Virus record (IMG/VR): IMGVR_UViG_3300028400_000003
Coordinates: 20,086-84,085 of that record
From: a virus
Direction: 5' to 3' (one strand)
Length of the DNA: 64,000 nucleotides
Of this stretch, positions 56,242-64,000 are shown one piece after another. The notes below the pieces were generated by a model. It saw only the letters and a program-made list of their open reading frames with translations, was not told the origin of the DNA and did no database searches. The position numbers were made by a program, and so were the translations under genes. Within the stretch, counting starts at the first letter, position 1; the number at the start of each line of letters is the position of its first letter.

Positions 56242-57873
56242 ATGACCATTATACCATCTACACGCCAGCCCGTTAAGGGGTCAACAAAGGTGGCGCATTC
56301 GATTCTCAAGGACCGCTCGCTTACGGACGAGGCCAGGGGTTTGTTGATCTACCTGATGAGCAAACCCGAGGGGTGGATTTTTACCGTAGGCCGGATAGCC
56401 AGACACAAGCATTTGTCCGAGGCGAAGGTGAGGCGGGCGCTCAGGTTGATCGAGGGGGCTGGGTACCTTCAGCGCATGCCGGTTAGGAAAAACGGACGCA
56501 ACGCGGGCTTCAGGGTGGCCGTCAAGCGCCAAGCTGGCCGGTTCGCCCTGATCCCCAACCGCTACGTGTCAGCCCTGAGCATTCAGGCCCTTGGCCTTTT
56601 GGGCGTGCTGGCCGCCGCGCCGCCGGGGTGGGTTTGGACGGCTCGGGGCTTGTTACGCGCGACGGGCGTTGGAGCCTACACCCTACAGCGCCTCCTGGGA
56701 GAACTGGTAACGGCCGGGGCCGTCGAAAAGGAGCGGGTGCGGCATACGAACGGCCAGTACGGAGGTATGATCCTCACCGTGGTTGGAGTGCCAAAACCAG
56801 CGTTGGTTTTACCAAAGGCTGAAAAGCCAAAGCCTGAAAAACGCAAGGCTGAAAAACGCGTACACGCTCCGCCAGGCACGCTGGAAACGGCCGCCCTAAG
56901 TAAGAAGGAAACTTCGAGTAAGAAGAAAGAAGAGAAAGAAGACGCTACGCTAAGTATCGGAGATGGAGGAGCCGAAGCCAAGGCCAGTCATCCACAACCC
57001 GCTGCAGGAGGGGTAACGCCTTCACCCCAAAAGACCAGGACCAAAAAGCCCAAGAAAAAGGAGCCAAGCCCTGCGTTCCGCGCGGCTCAATCGTTGAAGA
57101 TGCCGGAGAAGCACCGCCGCCGCTGGATGGGGCTGGCGCGGAACCTGACCAGCCGGGGAGCGGCCAACGGGATTGCGGCCAAGTGGCCGGACCTGATACC
57201 AGCGCTCATGCACTTCAGTTTTGCGGCGCGGTTGACGGCACATACCACCGCGATCTGGACGCAAGACGTTTACCGTGCGGCCAAAGAGCACGGCCCTAAG
57301 CGGGTAGCCGCAGCCCTGGAGCGGGCAAGCCGCAGTCGTGATCCACTCACCACCTTCAAGCGAGCCCTTGCTGAGGAGCCTTTTGATCCGATGGCGGTGC
57401 AACCGCCGATCAACCCGGACCTATGGCGGGTGCTCGTGCTTCATCTTGAGCGCATGAACGGCTCCCTTGGTAGGCCACAGGTCGAGTTGTTGCTTGGCAA
57501 ACTGGTGCGGTGGATCAAAAAACACGGCCACAAGGCCACAGAGGAGGCGGTGAGCCGTGCGGTTGAACGCGGTTGGCGCAATGTATACGAGCCCAAACCC
57601 GGAGGCATGGCGTGGAACCACAAACCAGCAAGCAACGGCAATGTGCCCCGCCTCGCTTCCGAGCACGAGGTGTTTGGTCACCGTGATCCCTGGCGCTACC
57701 CGTGGCCCAAGCGCTTGCTCGACGTAGTGGGGCCGCCGCCCGATCCGGACAACATCGAGGCTTGCCGTGAATGGTTTTGGGAGGTTGGGGAAAAGGCCCT
57801 TTATGCTGAACATTTCGACATACCGCAGGGCGAGGCGGCCAAGGTATGTGAGGATTGGGGGTTTAAGTTGTGA
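56242..57873 (+). CDS. phage replication initiator with tandem wHTH domains
   Basis: ARGLLIYLMSKPEGW and ALGLLGVLAAAPPGW repeats; upstream of the DnaC-like gene. Confidence 0.72.
   Translation: MTIIPSTRQPVKGSTKVAHSILKDRSLTDEARGLLIYLMSKPEGWIFTVGRIARHKHLSEAKVRRALRLIEGAGYLQRMPVRKNGRNAGFRVAVKRQAGRFALIPNRYVSALSIQALGLLGVLAAAPPGWVWTARGLLRATGVGAYTLQRLLGELVTAGAVEKERVRHTNGQYGGMILTVVGVPKPALVLPKAEKPKPEKRKAEKRVHAPPGTLETAALSKKETSSKKKEEKEDATLSIGDGGAEAKASHPQPAAGGVTPSPQKTRTKKPKKKEPSPAFRAAQSLKMPEKHRRRWMGLARNLTSRGAANGIAAKWPDLIPALMHFSFAARLTAHTTAIWTQDVYRAAKEHGPKRVAAALERASRSRDPLTTFKRALAEEPFDPMAVQPPINPDLWRVLVLHLERMNGSLGRPQVELLLGKLVRWIKKHGHKATEEAVSRAVERGWRNVYEPKPGGMAWNHKPASNGNVPRLASEHEVFGHRDPWRYPWPKRLLDVVGPPPDPDNIEACREWFWEVGEKALYAEHFDIPQGEAAKVCEDWGFKL
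56813..56857 (+). repeat. three 15-bp iteron-like repeats
   Basis: CAAAGGCTGAAAAGC / CAAAGCCTGAAAAAC / GCAAGGCTGAAAAAC. Confidence 0.6.
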
Positions 57874-58112
57874 GCTTTCTCGAAGGCCTTGAGCGCGAGC
57901 TTGCTATCAAGTGGGGAAGGGGCCAGTTTCAGCTAGAGGCCATTCATTACGTTGACGGGTCCAAGTCTGATACAGAGATTGATTACGAGATGTCTTTCAT
58001 TTACCCCAAGTTTAGGAATGGGCGGGTCGTGCGGTGGTATGTAGATCATGGCGGCTCGGGTTTGCCGCATACGGTCTACGTTTTCTCCGTCAAAACGAGC
58101 AACGGAGGGTAA
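57870..58112 (+). CDS. hypothetical protein
   Basis: Coupled ORF. Confidence 0.55.
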   Translation: MSFLEGLERELAIKWGRGQFQLEAIHYVDGSKSDTEIDYEMSFIYPKFRNGRVVRWYVDHGGSGLPHTVYVFSVKTSNGG

Positions 58113-58114
58113 GG

Positions 58115-58867
58115 GTGAGCAGCCTAACGCGCGATGAGCTTGTTGCCTGGAAAGAAAACCCCATGCAGGTAGACCATGAGGCGCATGAAGAGGCGTGTTC
58201 GGATGGGTTCGTCTACCTAAACGACGGTTCGGCCGCGAGGTGTCCCGTCTGCGACTGGCAGCGTCACCGGGAGAAGCTGCTTGTTGAGATGGAGCGGGCT
58301 GGAATCAGCCGCCGGTACCTGCTAACCGAGTGGTCCAAGCTTGAGATGACCCCGATGTTTTCGAGGCTTAAGGAGGCCGTTGCGAAGATCGGCGAAGTTT
58401 TGGAGAGCGGTATGAGCGCCGTATTCACGGGGCCGCCAGGGACAGGCAAGAGCACGGCGGCGGCGCTGATGGCCAGGGCCGCCATCGAGCGCGGTCACAC
58501 GGCTCACATGGCCAACATCGGCCGCATAAGCGCCTTGGTGCGGTCGGGGTACGACGGTGACGGCGACGGGTGGACGGAGGCGGGAGCGATTGAATGGTTG
58601 GCCACGCCCGATCTGCTCGTGCTTGACGATCTTGGAGCCGGTGAAACGCGCGAGGGGTCGCATGAACTGAAGTTGCTGTATCTAGCGCTGGAACAACGTC
58701 AGGCCAACGGCCTGATCGCCGTAGTGACTACCAACCTGTCGGAGGATGCGCTGCGAGACCGCTTAGGCGAGCGGGTGATGAACCGGCTCATGCCCTACAA
58801 GGTCTTTAGGTTTGGCGGCAAAAATTACAGACGGCATAGGGCCGCCTCCTGGCCTGGGCTTGAATAA
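58115..58867 (+). CDS. DnaC/IstB-like helicase loader ATPase
   Basis: GPPGTGKS; LLVLDDLG; TTNL; GERVMNRL. Confidence 0.88.
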   Translation: MSSLTRDELVAWKENPMQVDHEAHEEACSDGFVYLNDGSAARCPVCDWQRHREKLLVEMERAGISRRYLLTEWSKLEMTPMFSRLKEAVAKIGEVLESGMSAVFTGPPGTGKSTAAALMARAAIERGHTAHMANIGRISALVRSGYDGDGDGWTEAGAIEWLATPDLLVLDDLGAGETREGSHELKLLYLALEQRQANGLIAVVTTNLSEDALRDRLGERVMNRLMPYKVFRFGGKNYRRHRAASWPGLE

Positions 58868-58888
58868 TATAGCCGTGCAATATATAAT
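58860..58888 (+). promoter_or_regulatory. sigma70-type promoter
   Basis: TTGAAT-N17-TATAAT, with the family CAATATATAAT motif. Confidence 0.7.
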
Positions 58889-58899
58889 GAGATCGGGAG

Positions 58900-59292
58900 G
58901 TGAACCGTTTGACGGAAAAAGAGGTGAAGAGGCTGGCGTTGACCGCCGTAGGCAACGAAAAGGTGGCCGAGGTGCTGCGTCGGCTGGCCGAAGGACCGGT
59001 CAAGTCGTGGGATGTACTCGAAATGTACCCCGACCTGTCAACGTCCACGGAATGGATATGGCCCAAGCTAGGCGAGGCCGGGTTCGTCCGGGTGGAATCG
59101 GGTATCGAGTACAACCCGAAGAAGCAGCGCTCCACCCGCGTGAGGACGTTTTACCAGGGGCCTAACTTTGGTAAGCTTTATGCCCTACTCAGGGCGGCTG
59201 ATGACATCGGCGGCTTTGAAAACGTCACTCCAGTCACGACGGGCGGCACCATGAAGCCAGTACCCGAGGGCGAGCCCGTAGAGGAGGTGTAA
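58900..59292 (+). CDS. hypothetical protein, possible wHTH
   Basis: Follows the promoter; KLGEAGFV motif. Confidence 0.65.
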   Translation: MNRLTEKEVKRLALTAVGNEKVAEVLRRLAEGPVKSWDVLEMYPDLSTSTEWIWPKLGEAGFVRVESGIEYNPKKQRSTRVRTFYQGPNFGKLYALLRAADDIGGFENVTPVTTGGTMKPVPEGEPVEEV

Positions 59293-59520
59293 GTTGTCTG
59301 ATTCCCACCGTAGGCCTTCGCCGGTGTGCTGGACCCAACCGTGGCACTCACGGCATAGCGGTACCACAAGGTCACTGCTACGTCTCCGCCCGAGGTCCGG
59401 TGCTGGCAGGTGGTGCGGGTCGCACCATTGCTCGATTCCACACCGCACGCACCGCTGAGGCGTAGAGCGTATAAGGTGGAGAACGTCAGGGCGTTTGATT
59501 GATAAAGGTTTGTCTAGCAT
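59185..59520 (-). CDS. HNH-like zinc-binding protein (DUF968-like)
   Basis: CVRCG...DPHH...VPLCRECH; TATACT-N6-ATG. Confidence 0.7.
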   Translation of the reverse strand: MLDKPLSIKRPDVLHLIRSTPQRCVRCGIEQWCDPHHLPAPDLGRRRSSDLVVPLCRECHGWVQHTGEGLRWESDNLHLLYGLALGYWLHGAARRDWSDVFKAADVISRPE

Positions 59521-59546
59521 GTTAGCAGTATAAGGGAGATGGTGAG

Positions 59547-59924
59547 ATGACCGACCTAGAGGTTGCCCTTACGGAAGAGATGCAGCAGATCGCACGGGCC
59601 GCACTCCTGGAGGGCAGCTACTATGCGAAGCCTGAGCACCAGCAAGATCAGCGCTGGAAGGACACCGCCCCAAGCAAAAGGCAGCTTCGCCTGATCCGGA
59701 TGCGACGGGGCGGCCCTTCGTTTAACTACCCTATTCCGGAGGCGCTTTATAAAGCGATGATGATAGCCCTGACGGGTGAACCCACGAGCAGGGCGATCAC
59801 CACCCGTGAGCAGGCCGTAACTTACCTGGATGCCGTGAGCCATATTGACCCCGAGCACCTAAAACGCATTGCGTTGATCATTGCGCGTATCAAGTTTGGA
59901 GGCGCAGGCCATGCTCACCCTTGA
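59547..59924 (+). CDS. hypothetical protein
   Basis: ORF upstream of sbcC. Confidence 0.6.
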   Translation: MTDLEVALTEEMQQIARAALLEGSYYAKPEHQQDQRWKDTAPSKRQLRLIRMRRGGPSFNYPIPEALYKAMMIALTGEPTSRAITTREQAVTYLDAVSHIDPEHLKRIALIIARIKFGGAGHAHP

Positions 59925-61656
59925 AGTCGAGCGGTATGGAATTATAAAGGGGCGTCAGTTTAGCTTTGGTGATGGCGTAACGGCTATTGTAGGCGGCAAC
60001 GGCTCGGGTAAGAGCACGTTGCTGGATGCCATCGTCTACGCCATGTACGGCGTGAACCGCTTCTCCGAGCCGTCCAACGTAAAACTGCTCATAGACAACG
60101 ATGGGCTAGCTATATTTGAAAGGTCGAGAGCGGGCAAGAATACCAAGGTTGAGGTCACGCTGCCAGGAGAGGGGGTGTTGACACAGCACCGGCGGGCCTT
60201 GGAAGTGATGCTACAGAACGGGTGGTTGTCCTATGAGCAGGCCGCCATCACCTGGTTTGGAAAGCAGCAACACCTTGGCTTCCTAGGTCTGAGCGCTAGG
60301 GACCGCCGGCTGGTTGTTGAAGAATTGCTAAGGCTTGACGTGTGGGATTCTGCAGTTGAAACGGCCAAGCGCAAACGCCAGGAGGCGCAGCGCGGGCTCG
60401 AAACCGCGCGGGGGCGGTTACAGCAGCTCCTTGACACACAAAAAAGCCTTGAGGAGCGAGCGCGGTCTATTGGTAAGGAACTCGAGGCCCTGCCACCGCT
60501 CGACGGGGTTATGGAAGAGCCGCCGCCTTATACGATTGAGCAGGTAGAGCAGGCGGAGGCCGAACTGGCCGGTGTAGTCGAAGAGCTTGATAGCCTGCAG
60601 TCAGAGGTAGCTAAGGCCGAAAGCCACCTGAACGAGGTCCGGGGGCGTTTGGAGTTTTTAGATGAAACCCTGGCGCGGTTGTCTAAGGAGCTAACCCGTG
60701 CTGATGATGAGGCCAAGGCCTTGACCCTGGCCATCGAGGTTGTGGACACTGAAACCCCATGCACCAATGATCAGAAAACGGCTTGCCCGTTCGTCATAGC
60801 CGCCCTTGGCCAGGCGCGGCCCGACCGTGAACGTCTGGCCGAACTGACTACCCTCCGCGAGGTTTTAGAGCGCGACCTTAAGGAAGCGGCCAAGCGCCGC
60901 AATGAACTGCACTCCGACCTTGCCAGCGGCGAAAAAGCGCTTGTGGCGTTGAAGCAGCGGGTGAAAGAACTTGAGCGTAGGCGGGCGCGTTTGCTGCCTA
61001 TCGTTGAAAAGCGGGAGCAGGCGACTACGTGGACCAATGAGCAGCGTCAGAAGCGCGAGATGCAAGAGCGTCGCAGCAAGCTTGAAGCCTCGTTACAAAC
61101 CCTTGAAGCCACGCTGGAGCAGGCGAGGGCTGATTCAGAGCGGGTAGAAAAGAGTATCGAGGCGCTGACCCGTGAATACACCACCTGGACTGAGGCGGTC
61201 AACGACCTTGGCCCGAAGGGTGTGCGTCACCACCTACTGATTTCGGCGCTTCCACAACTGGCCCAACGGGCGAACGACGTTTTGCTTGAGCTAGGGGCTC
61301 CCTTTCAGGTGGGCTTTCGCACGGAAAAGGAGTTGACTAAAGGGGGCAGGGGTGAAACCTTGGATGTCATGCTGGTGCGTGACGGAGTAGAGGTGGATGC
61401 CAGCACGGCCTCGGGTGGCGAGCGGGTGCTGGCCGATCTGGCGTTCCGGCTGGCGCTCATGGATGCTTACCGTGGTGCGGGGTGGAAGGTGCCTAGCCTG
61501 CTTGTGCTCGATGAGACCCTAGCACCGCTTGACGCTGAAAGACGCGTTACTGTCTTGAGCGGTCTACGTAAGCTTGGTATTGAGTCCATCGTGCTTACAA
61601 GCCACGTCGAGGAAGTAGCCGATTATGCCGATTACGTAGTTGAGGTGAAACGATGA
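59911..61656 (+). CDS. SbcC/Rad50-like ATPase
   Basis: GGNGSGKS; coiled coil; SGGE; LVLDE; TSH. Confidence 0.88.
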   Translation: MLTLEVERYGIIKGRQFSFGDGVTAIVGGNGSGKSTLLDAIVYAMYGVNRFSEPSNVKLLIDNDGLAIFERSRAGKNTKVEVTLPGEGVLTQHRRALEVMLQNGWLSYEQAAITWFGKQQHLGFLGLSARDRRLVVEELLRLDVWDSAVETAKRKRQEAQRGLETARGRLQQLLDTQKSLEERARSIGKELEALPPLDGVMEEPPPYTIEQVEQAEAELAGVVEELDSLQSEVAKAESHLNEVRGRLEFLDETLARLSKELTRADDEAKALTLAIEVVDTETPCTNDQKTACPFVIAALGQARPDRERLAELTTLREVLERDLKEAAKRRNELHSDLASGEKALVALKQRVKELERRRARLLPIVEKREQATTWTNEQRQKREMQERRSKLEASLQTLEATLEQARADSERVEKSIEALTREYTTWTEAVNDLGPKGVRHHLLISALPQLAQRANDVLLELGAPFQVGFRTEKELTKGGRGETLDVMLVRDGVEVDASTASGGERVLADLAFRLALMDAYRGAGWKVPSLLVLDETLAPLDAERRVTVLSGLRKLGIESIVLTSHVEEVADYADYVVEVKR

Positions 61657-62615
61657 AGAAGAGAAAATCAAAGGTGAGAAAGAAGCCTGGTGATGATTGG
61701 TTCAAGGTCGCGGAGATGGCCGAGGTAGCCGGTCTGTCTAAGAGCGCGATGGCGGCGCGGGTGGAAAAGGTCATTAACGAACACCCTGAAGAAGTCAAGG
61801 GCAAGGTGGTGCTATGGCACAACTCCACCTACGTACACCCGAAGGTCTTTGACCTGGTGATGACCCTCTACCCGGTGCCCGTGGTCAAGAGGCCGCCTTC
61901 GGGCTGGAAGCGCACCCGTGAGCTTTCCGAAGAGCTTGGGATACCGCAGTCAACGATTAGCAACTGGGTTCGGGTTGGAAAGGTCAAGGCCGTTCGGGTT
62001 GGGAAGGCCTTCTACCTTAACCCCAGATCGGCCATGCGCCTGATCGAGTTGCACCGTGCCTCCTCCAGCAATCCAGGTCAGCCCTGGTTGCTTATTTTCA
62101 AGGCGGCGATGATCTACGGCGTGGCCCAACGCACCATTAAGCGCCTGGTCCGTCTGGGCAAGGTACGGGCGCTTGAGCGCGGACGCAAGTTTTACGTCAA
62201 CGAGGATGACCTGGAGGCTCAGTTATCGCAGCGCCGTAGCCGTGACGAAAAGCCACCGGCCAACGCAATAGCTAAGACGGAAATGATGAGGCTTTTGGGG
62301 CGTGACAGCGTAGACCGCATCGTCCGTATCGCCAAAAAGAAGGGGTGGCACTACGGCGAGTATTTTACGGATGGGGCCTGGCGCGTTTACGTAGACCGCA
62401 GGGTGCTTGACGAGATCGCCATTCCCAGCTTGCCTAACGACTGGGTTCCCCTTTACGAGATCGTTCCCCAAAACAAAAAGCACACCACGCGGTCCCTAAA
62501 GCGCAAGCTTCAGGATATGGGATACGAGGTGCGTATCTTCATCTATAAAGGGAGGAAGGTGCTGGCTACACCGGCATGGGCCATCAAAGAGTTGACGGGC
62601 GGGAGGGTTGCATGA
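61653..62615 (+). CDS. multi-HTH DNA-binding protein
   Basis: Repeated MerR/excisionase-like units, e.g. LGIPQSTISNWVRVGKVKA. Confidence 0.7.
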   Translation: MKKRKSKVRKKPGDDWFKVAEMAEVAGLSKSAMAARVEKVINEHPEEVKGKVVLWHNSTYVHPKVFDLVMTLYPVPVVKRPPSGWKRTRELSEELGIPQSTISNWVRVGKVKAVRVGKAFYLNPRSAMRLIELHRASSSNPGQPWLLIFKAAMIYGVAQRTIKRLVRLGKVRALERGRKFYVNEDDLEAQLSQRRSRDEKPPANAIAKTEMMRLLGRDSVDRIVRIAKKKGWHYGEYFTDGAWRVYVDRRVLDEIAIPSLPNDWVPLYEIVPQNKKHTTRSLKRKLQDMGYEVRIFIYKGRKVLATPAWAIKELTGGRVA

Positions 62616-63277
62616 AGAAGAGGATCTCGGTTGAAAACGACGGATTCGTTGAGTTGATTGACCACATGGGCGATGATACCCGGATCGTCGAGGCGGCGCG
62701 GGTGAGCTATAAAGGAAGCCGGCCGAAACGTGATGACGAGCGTCTGATTCACTACCTAATGGACAACGGGCATATGAGCCCGTTTGAACACGTCGAGTTT
62801 GAGTTTTACATCAGGGCTCCAATCTTTGTAGCCCGCCAGTGGTTCAGGCACCGCACGGGTCAGCCCAACGAGGTCAGCCGCCGCTATCGCGCCTTCGACG
62901 GCGGGCTTTGGAGGCCGTCAAGCTGGTTCAAGCAGAGCAAGAAGAACAAACAGGCTAGCGCTGGTCTGCTTGCAGATGAAGCGGCGGCCGAAGCCACCCG
63001 AGCCCTGGATAAGGCCTACAGGGCGGCGCAAGACGCCTACGCTCGCTTGCTCGACCTCGGGGTATCGAGGGAGCAGGCCCGCGCCGTATTGCCCCTGGGT
63101 TCGTATACGGAGTTTTACTGGAAACAAAACCTGCGAAACCTGCTCAACCTGCTCGATCAGCGCTTGAGCCCGCACGCCCAAACCGAGACGCGGGCCTACG
63201 CCGCCGCCGTGCTTGCACTTATCAAGCCAGTCGTTCCCGTTGCAATGGCCGCTTGGGAGAAAGCGAGGGGTTTCTGA
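62612..63277 (+). CDS. thyX: flavin-dependent thymidylate synthase
   Basis: HMSPFEH; RHRTGQPNEVSRRY; HAQTE. Confidence 0.95.
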   Translation: MKKRISVENDGFVELIDHMGDDTRIVEAARVSYKGSRPKRDDERLIHYLMDNGHMSPFEHVEFEFYIRAPIFVARQWFRHRTGQPNEVSRRYRAFDGGLWRPSSWFKQSKKNKQASAGLLADEAAAEATRALDKAYRAAQDAYARLLDLGVSREQARAVLPLGSYTEFYWKQNLRNLLNLLDQRLSPHAQTETRAYAAAVLALIKPVVPVAMAAWEKARGF

Positions 63278-63960
63278 TGATTCTTGGAGCATGGTTTTGG
63301 CGGTGGTTTGGCCGCAGCATCGTTGAGCCCTTCGACCCTGGACAGATCAGCCCCGCAAGTTACGACGTAAGCCTTGGAAACCGGGCGATCTTCTATCGCT
63401 TCAAGGGCGTTGACCTTCCGGGGCTCAGGGTTGAGCTTGACGACGGTAAAATCTTTGTGCCAGTCCCCGGAGAAGATCGGGTTTTGACCTTTGACAACCA
63501 GCTACGGGCGGGCGACATCTTCCTCGCCGAAACGGCGGAATTTTTCAGGCAGCCGCGCGGGATTAGCCTGAGCCTGTACCTTAAATCCAGCACGGCACGC
63601 TCGTTCCTGGAGCACCTTCACGCCGGTTGGGGAGAACACGGCTTTCACGGCCGCTACACGCTGGAGTTCAAGGCCGTGGCACCGGGACGCCTCTACCCTG
63701 GAAAGCCAATAGGTCAGATGGTGGCCCATGCTACGCTAGGCTGGCACTCGTATAGGGACAAGCAGAACCGCCACTATCAAAACCAGAGTGGGGTCACGCC
63801 TAGTCTCAACGACGGCCTGGCGTGGAGGCCGTGGTGGAAAGACCCTGATCTTTGCGAGCAATGGCGCGTCGAGCACGGTATTGACCTCCGTATGCGGTGC
63901 AACCATGCGGCAGCGGTACAAGCCCTTGAGCAGCTTATGGGTTTCGGGTGGCGAGGATGA
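63277..63960 (+). CDS. dcd: dCTP deaminase
   Basis: PASYDVSLG; KSSTAR; GFHGRYTLE; YQNQ. Confidence 0.88.
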   Translation: MILGAWFWRWFGRSIVEPFDPGQISPASYDVSLGNRAIFYRFKGVDLPGLRVELDDGKIFVPVPGEDRVLTFDNQLRAGDIFLAETAEFFRQPRGISLSLYLKSSTARSFLEHLHAGWGEHGFHGRYTLEFKAVAPGRLYPGKPIGQMVAHATLGWHSYRDKQNRHYQNQSGVTPSLNDGLAWRPWWKDPDLCEQWRVEHGIDLRMRCNHAAAVQALEQLMGFGWRG

Positions 63961-64000
63961 GGCCCACCTTTCGCATTCACACCTTTGGCGGCGTTGGGGT

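Noticed and set aside
1-64000. Prophage features (integrase, repressor, att sites) and stop-codon reassignment
   Set aside because: None is visible in this window. Genes are intact in the standard code and no suppressor tRNA is present; TAG and TGA here are Leu and Ser anticodons.

Overview
This window is most of the genome of a tailed dsDNA phage with siphovirus-type head and tail genes. The host is probably in Deinococcus-Thermus (Thermaceae-like), inferred from the tmRNA and from frequent TANNNT-N5/6-start leaderless genes. In order, it holds: a metallophosphoesterase; a tmRNA; a cluster of 9 tRNAs; an RNA ligase; a RuvC-like gene with a 10th tRNA; early-type genes behind repeated sigma70 promoter/RBS cassettes, including a beta-clamp-like gene and three tandem paralogs; a glycosyltransferase/MTase-like/PAPS-reductase/2xParB cluster; terminase, portal, head and tail genes, split by a 6 kb block of early-type genes; a tail chaperone with a -1 frameshift; the tape measure gene; a duplicated tail module; lysis genes; more virion genes; SbcD and RecD2; an initiator and DnaC; SbcC; ThyX; and Dcd. 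No integrase, repressor, DNA polymerase, reverse transcriptase or CRISPR array was seen. The most notable signal is in two spacers of the tRNA operon (about 2726-2909 and 3292-3451). They differ in stem sequence but fold into the same four-domain architecture, with conserved linkers and hairpin loops NGGYGGGG, which suggests an unrecognised phage ncRNA family. All calls come from reading motifs by eye; no searches were run.
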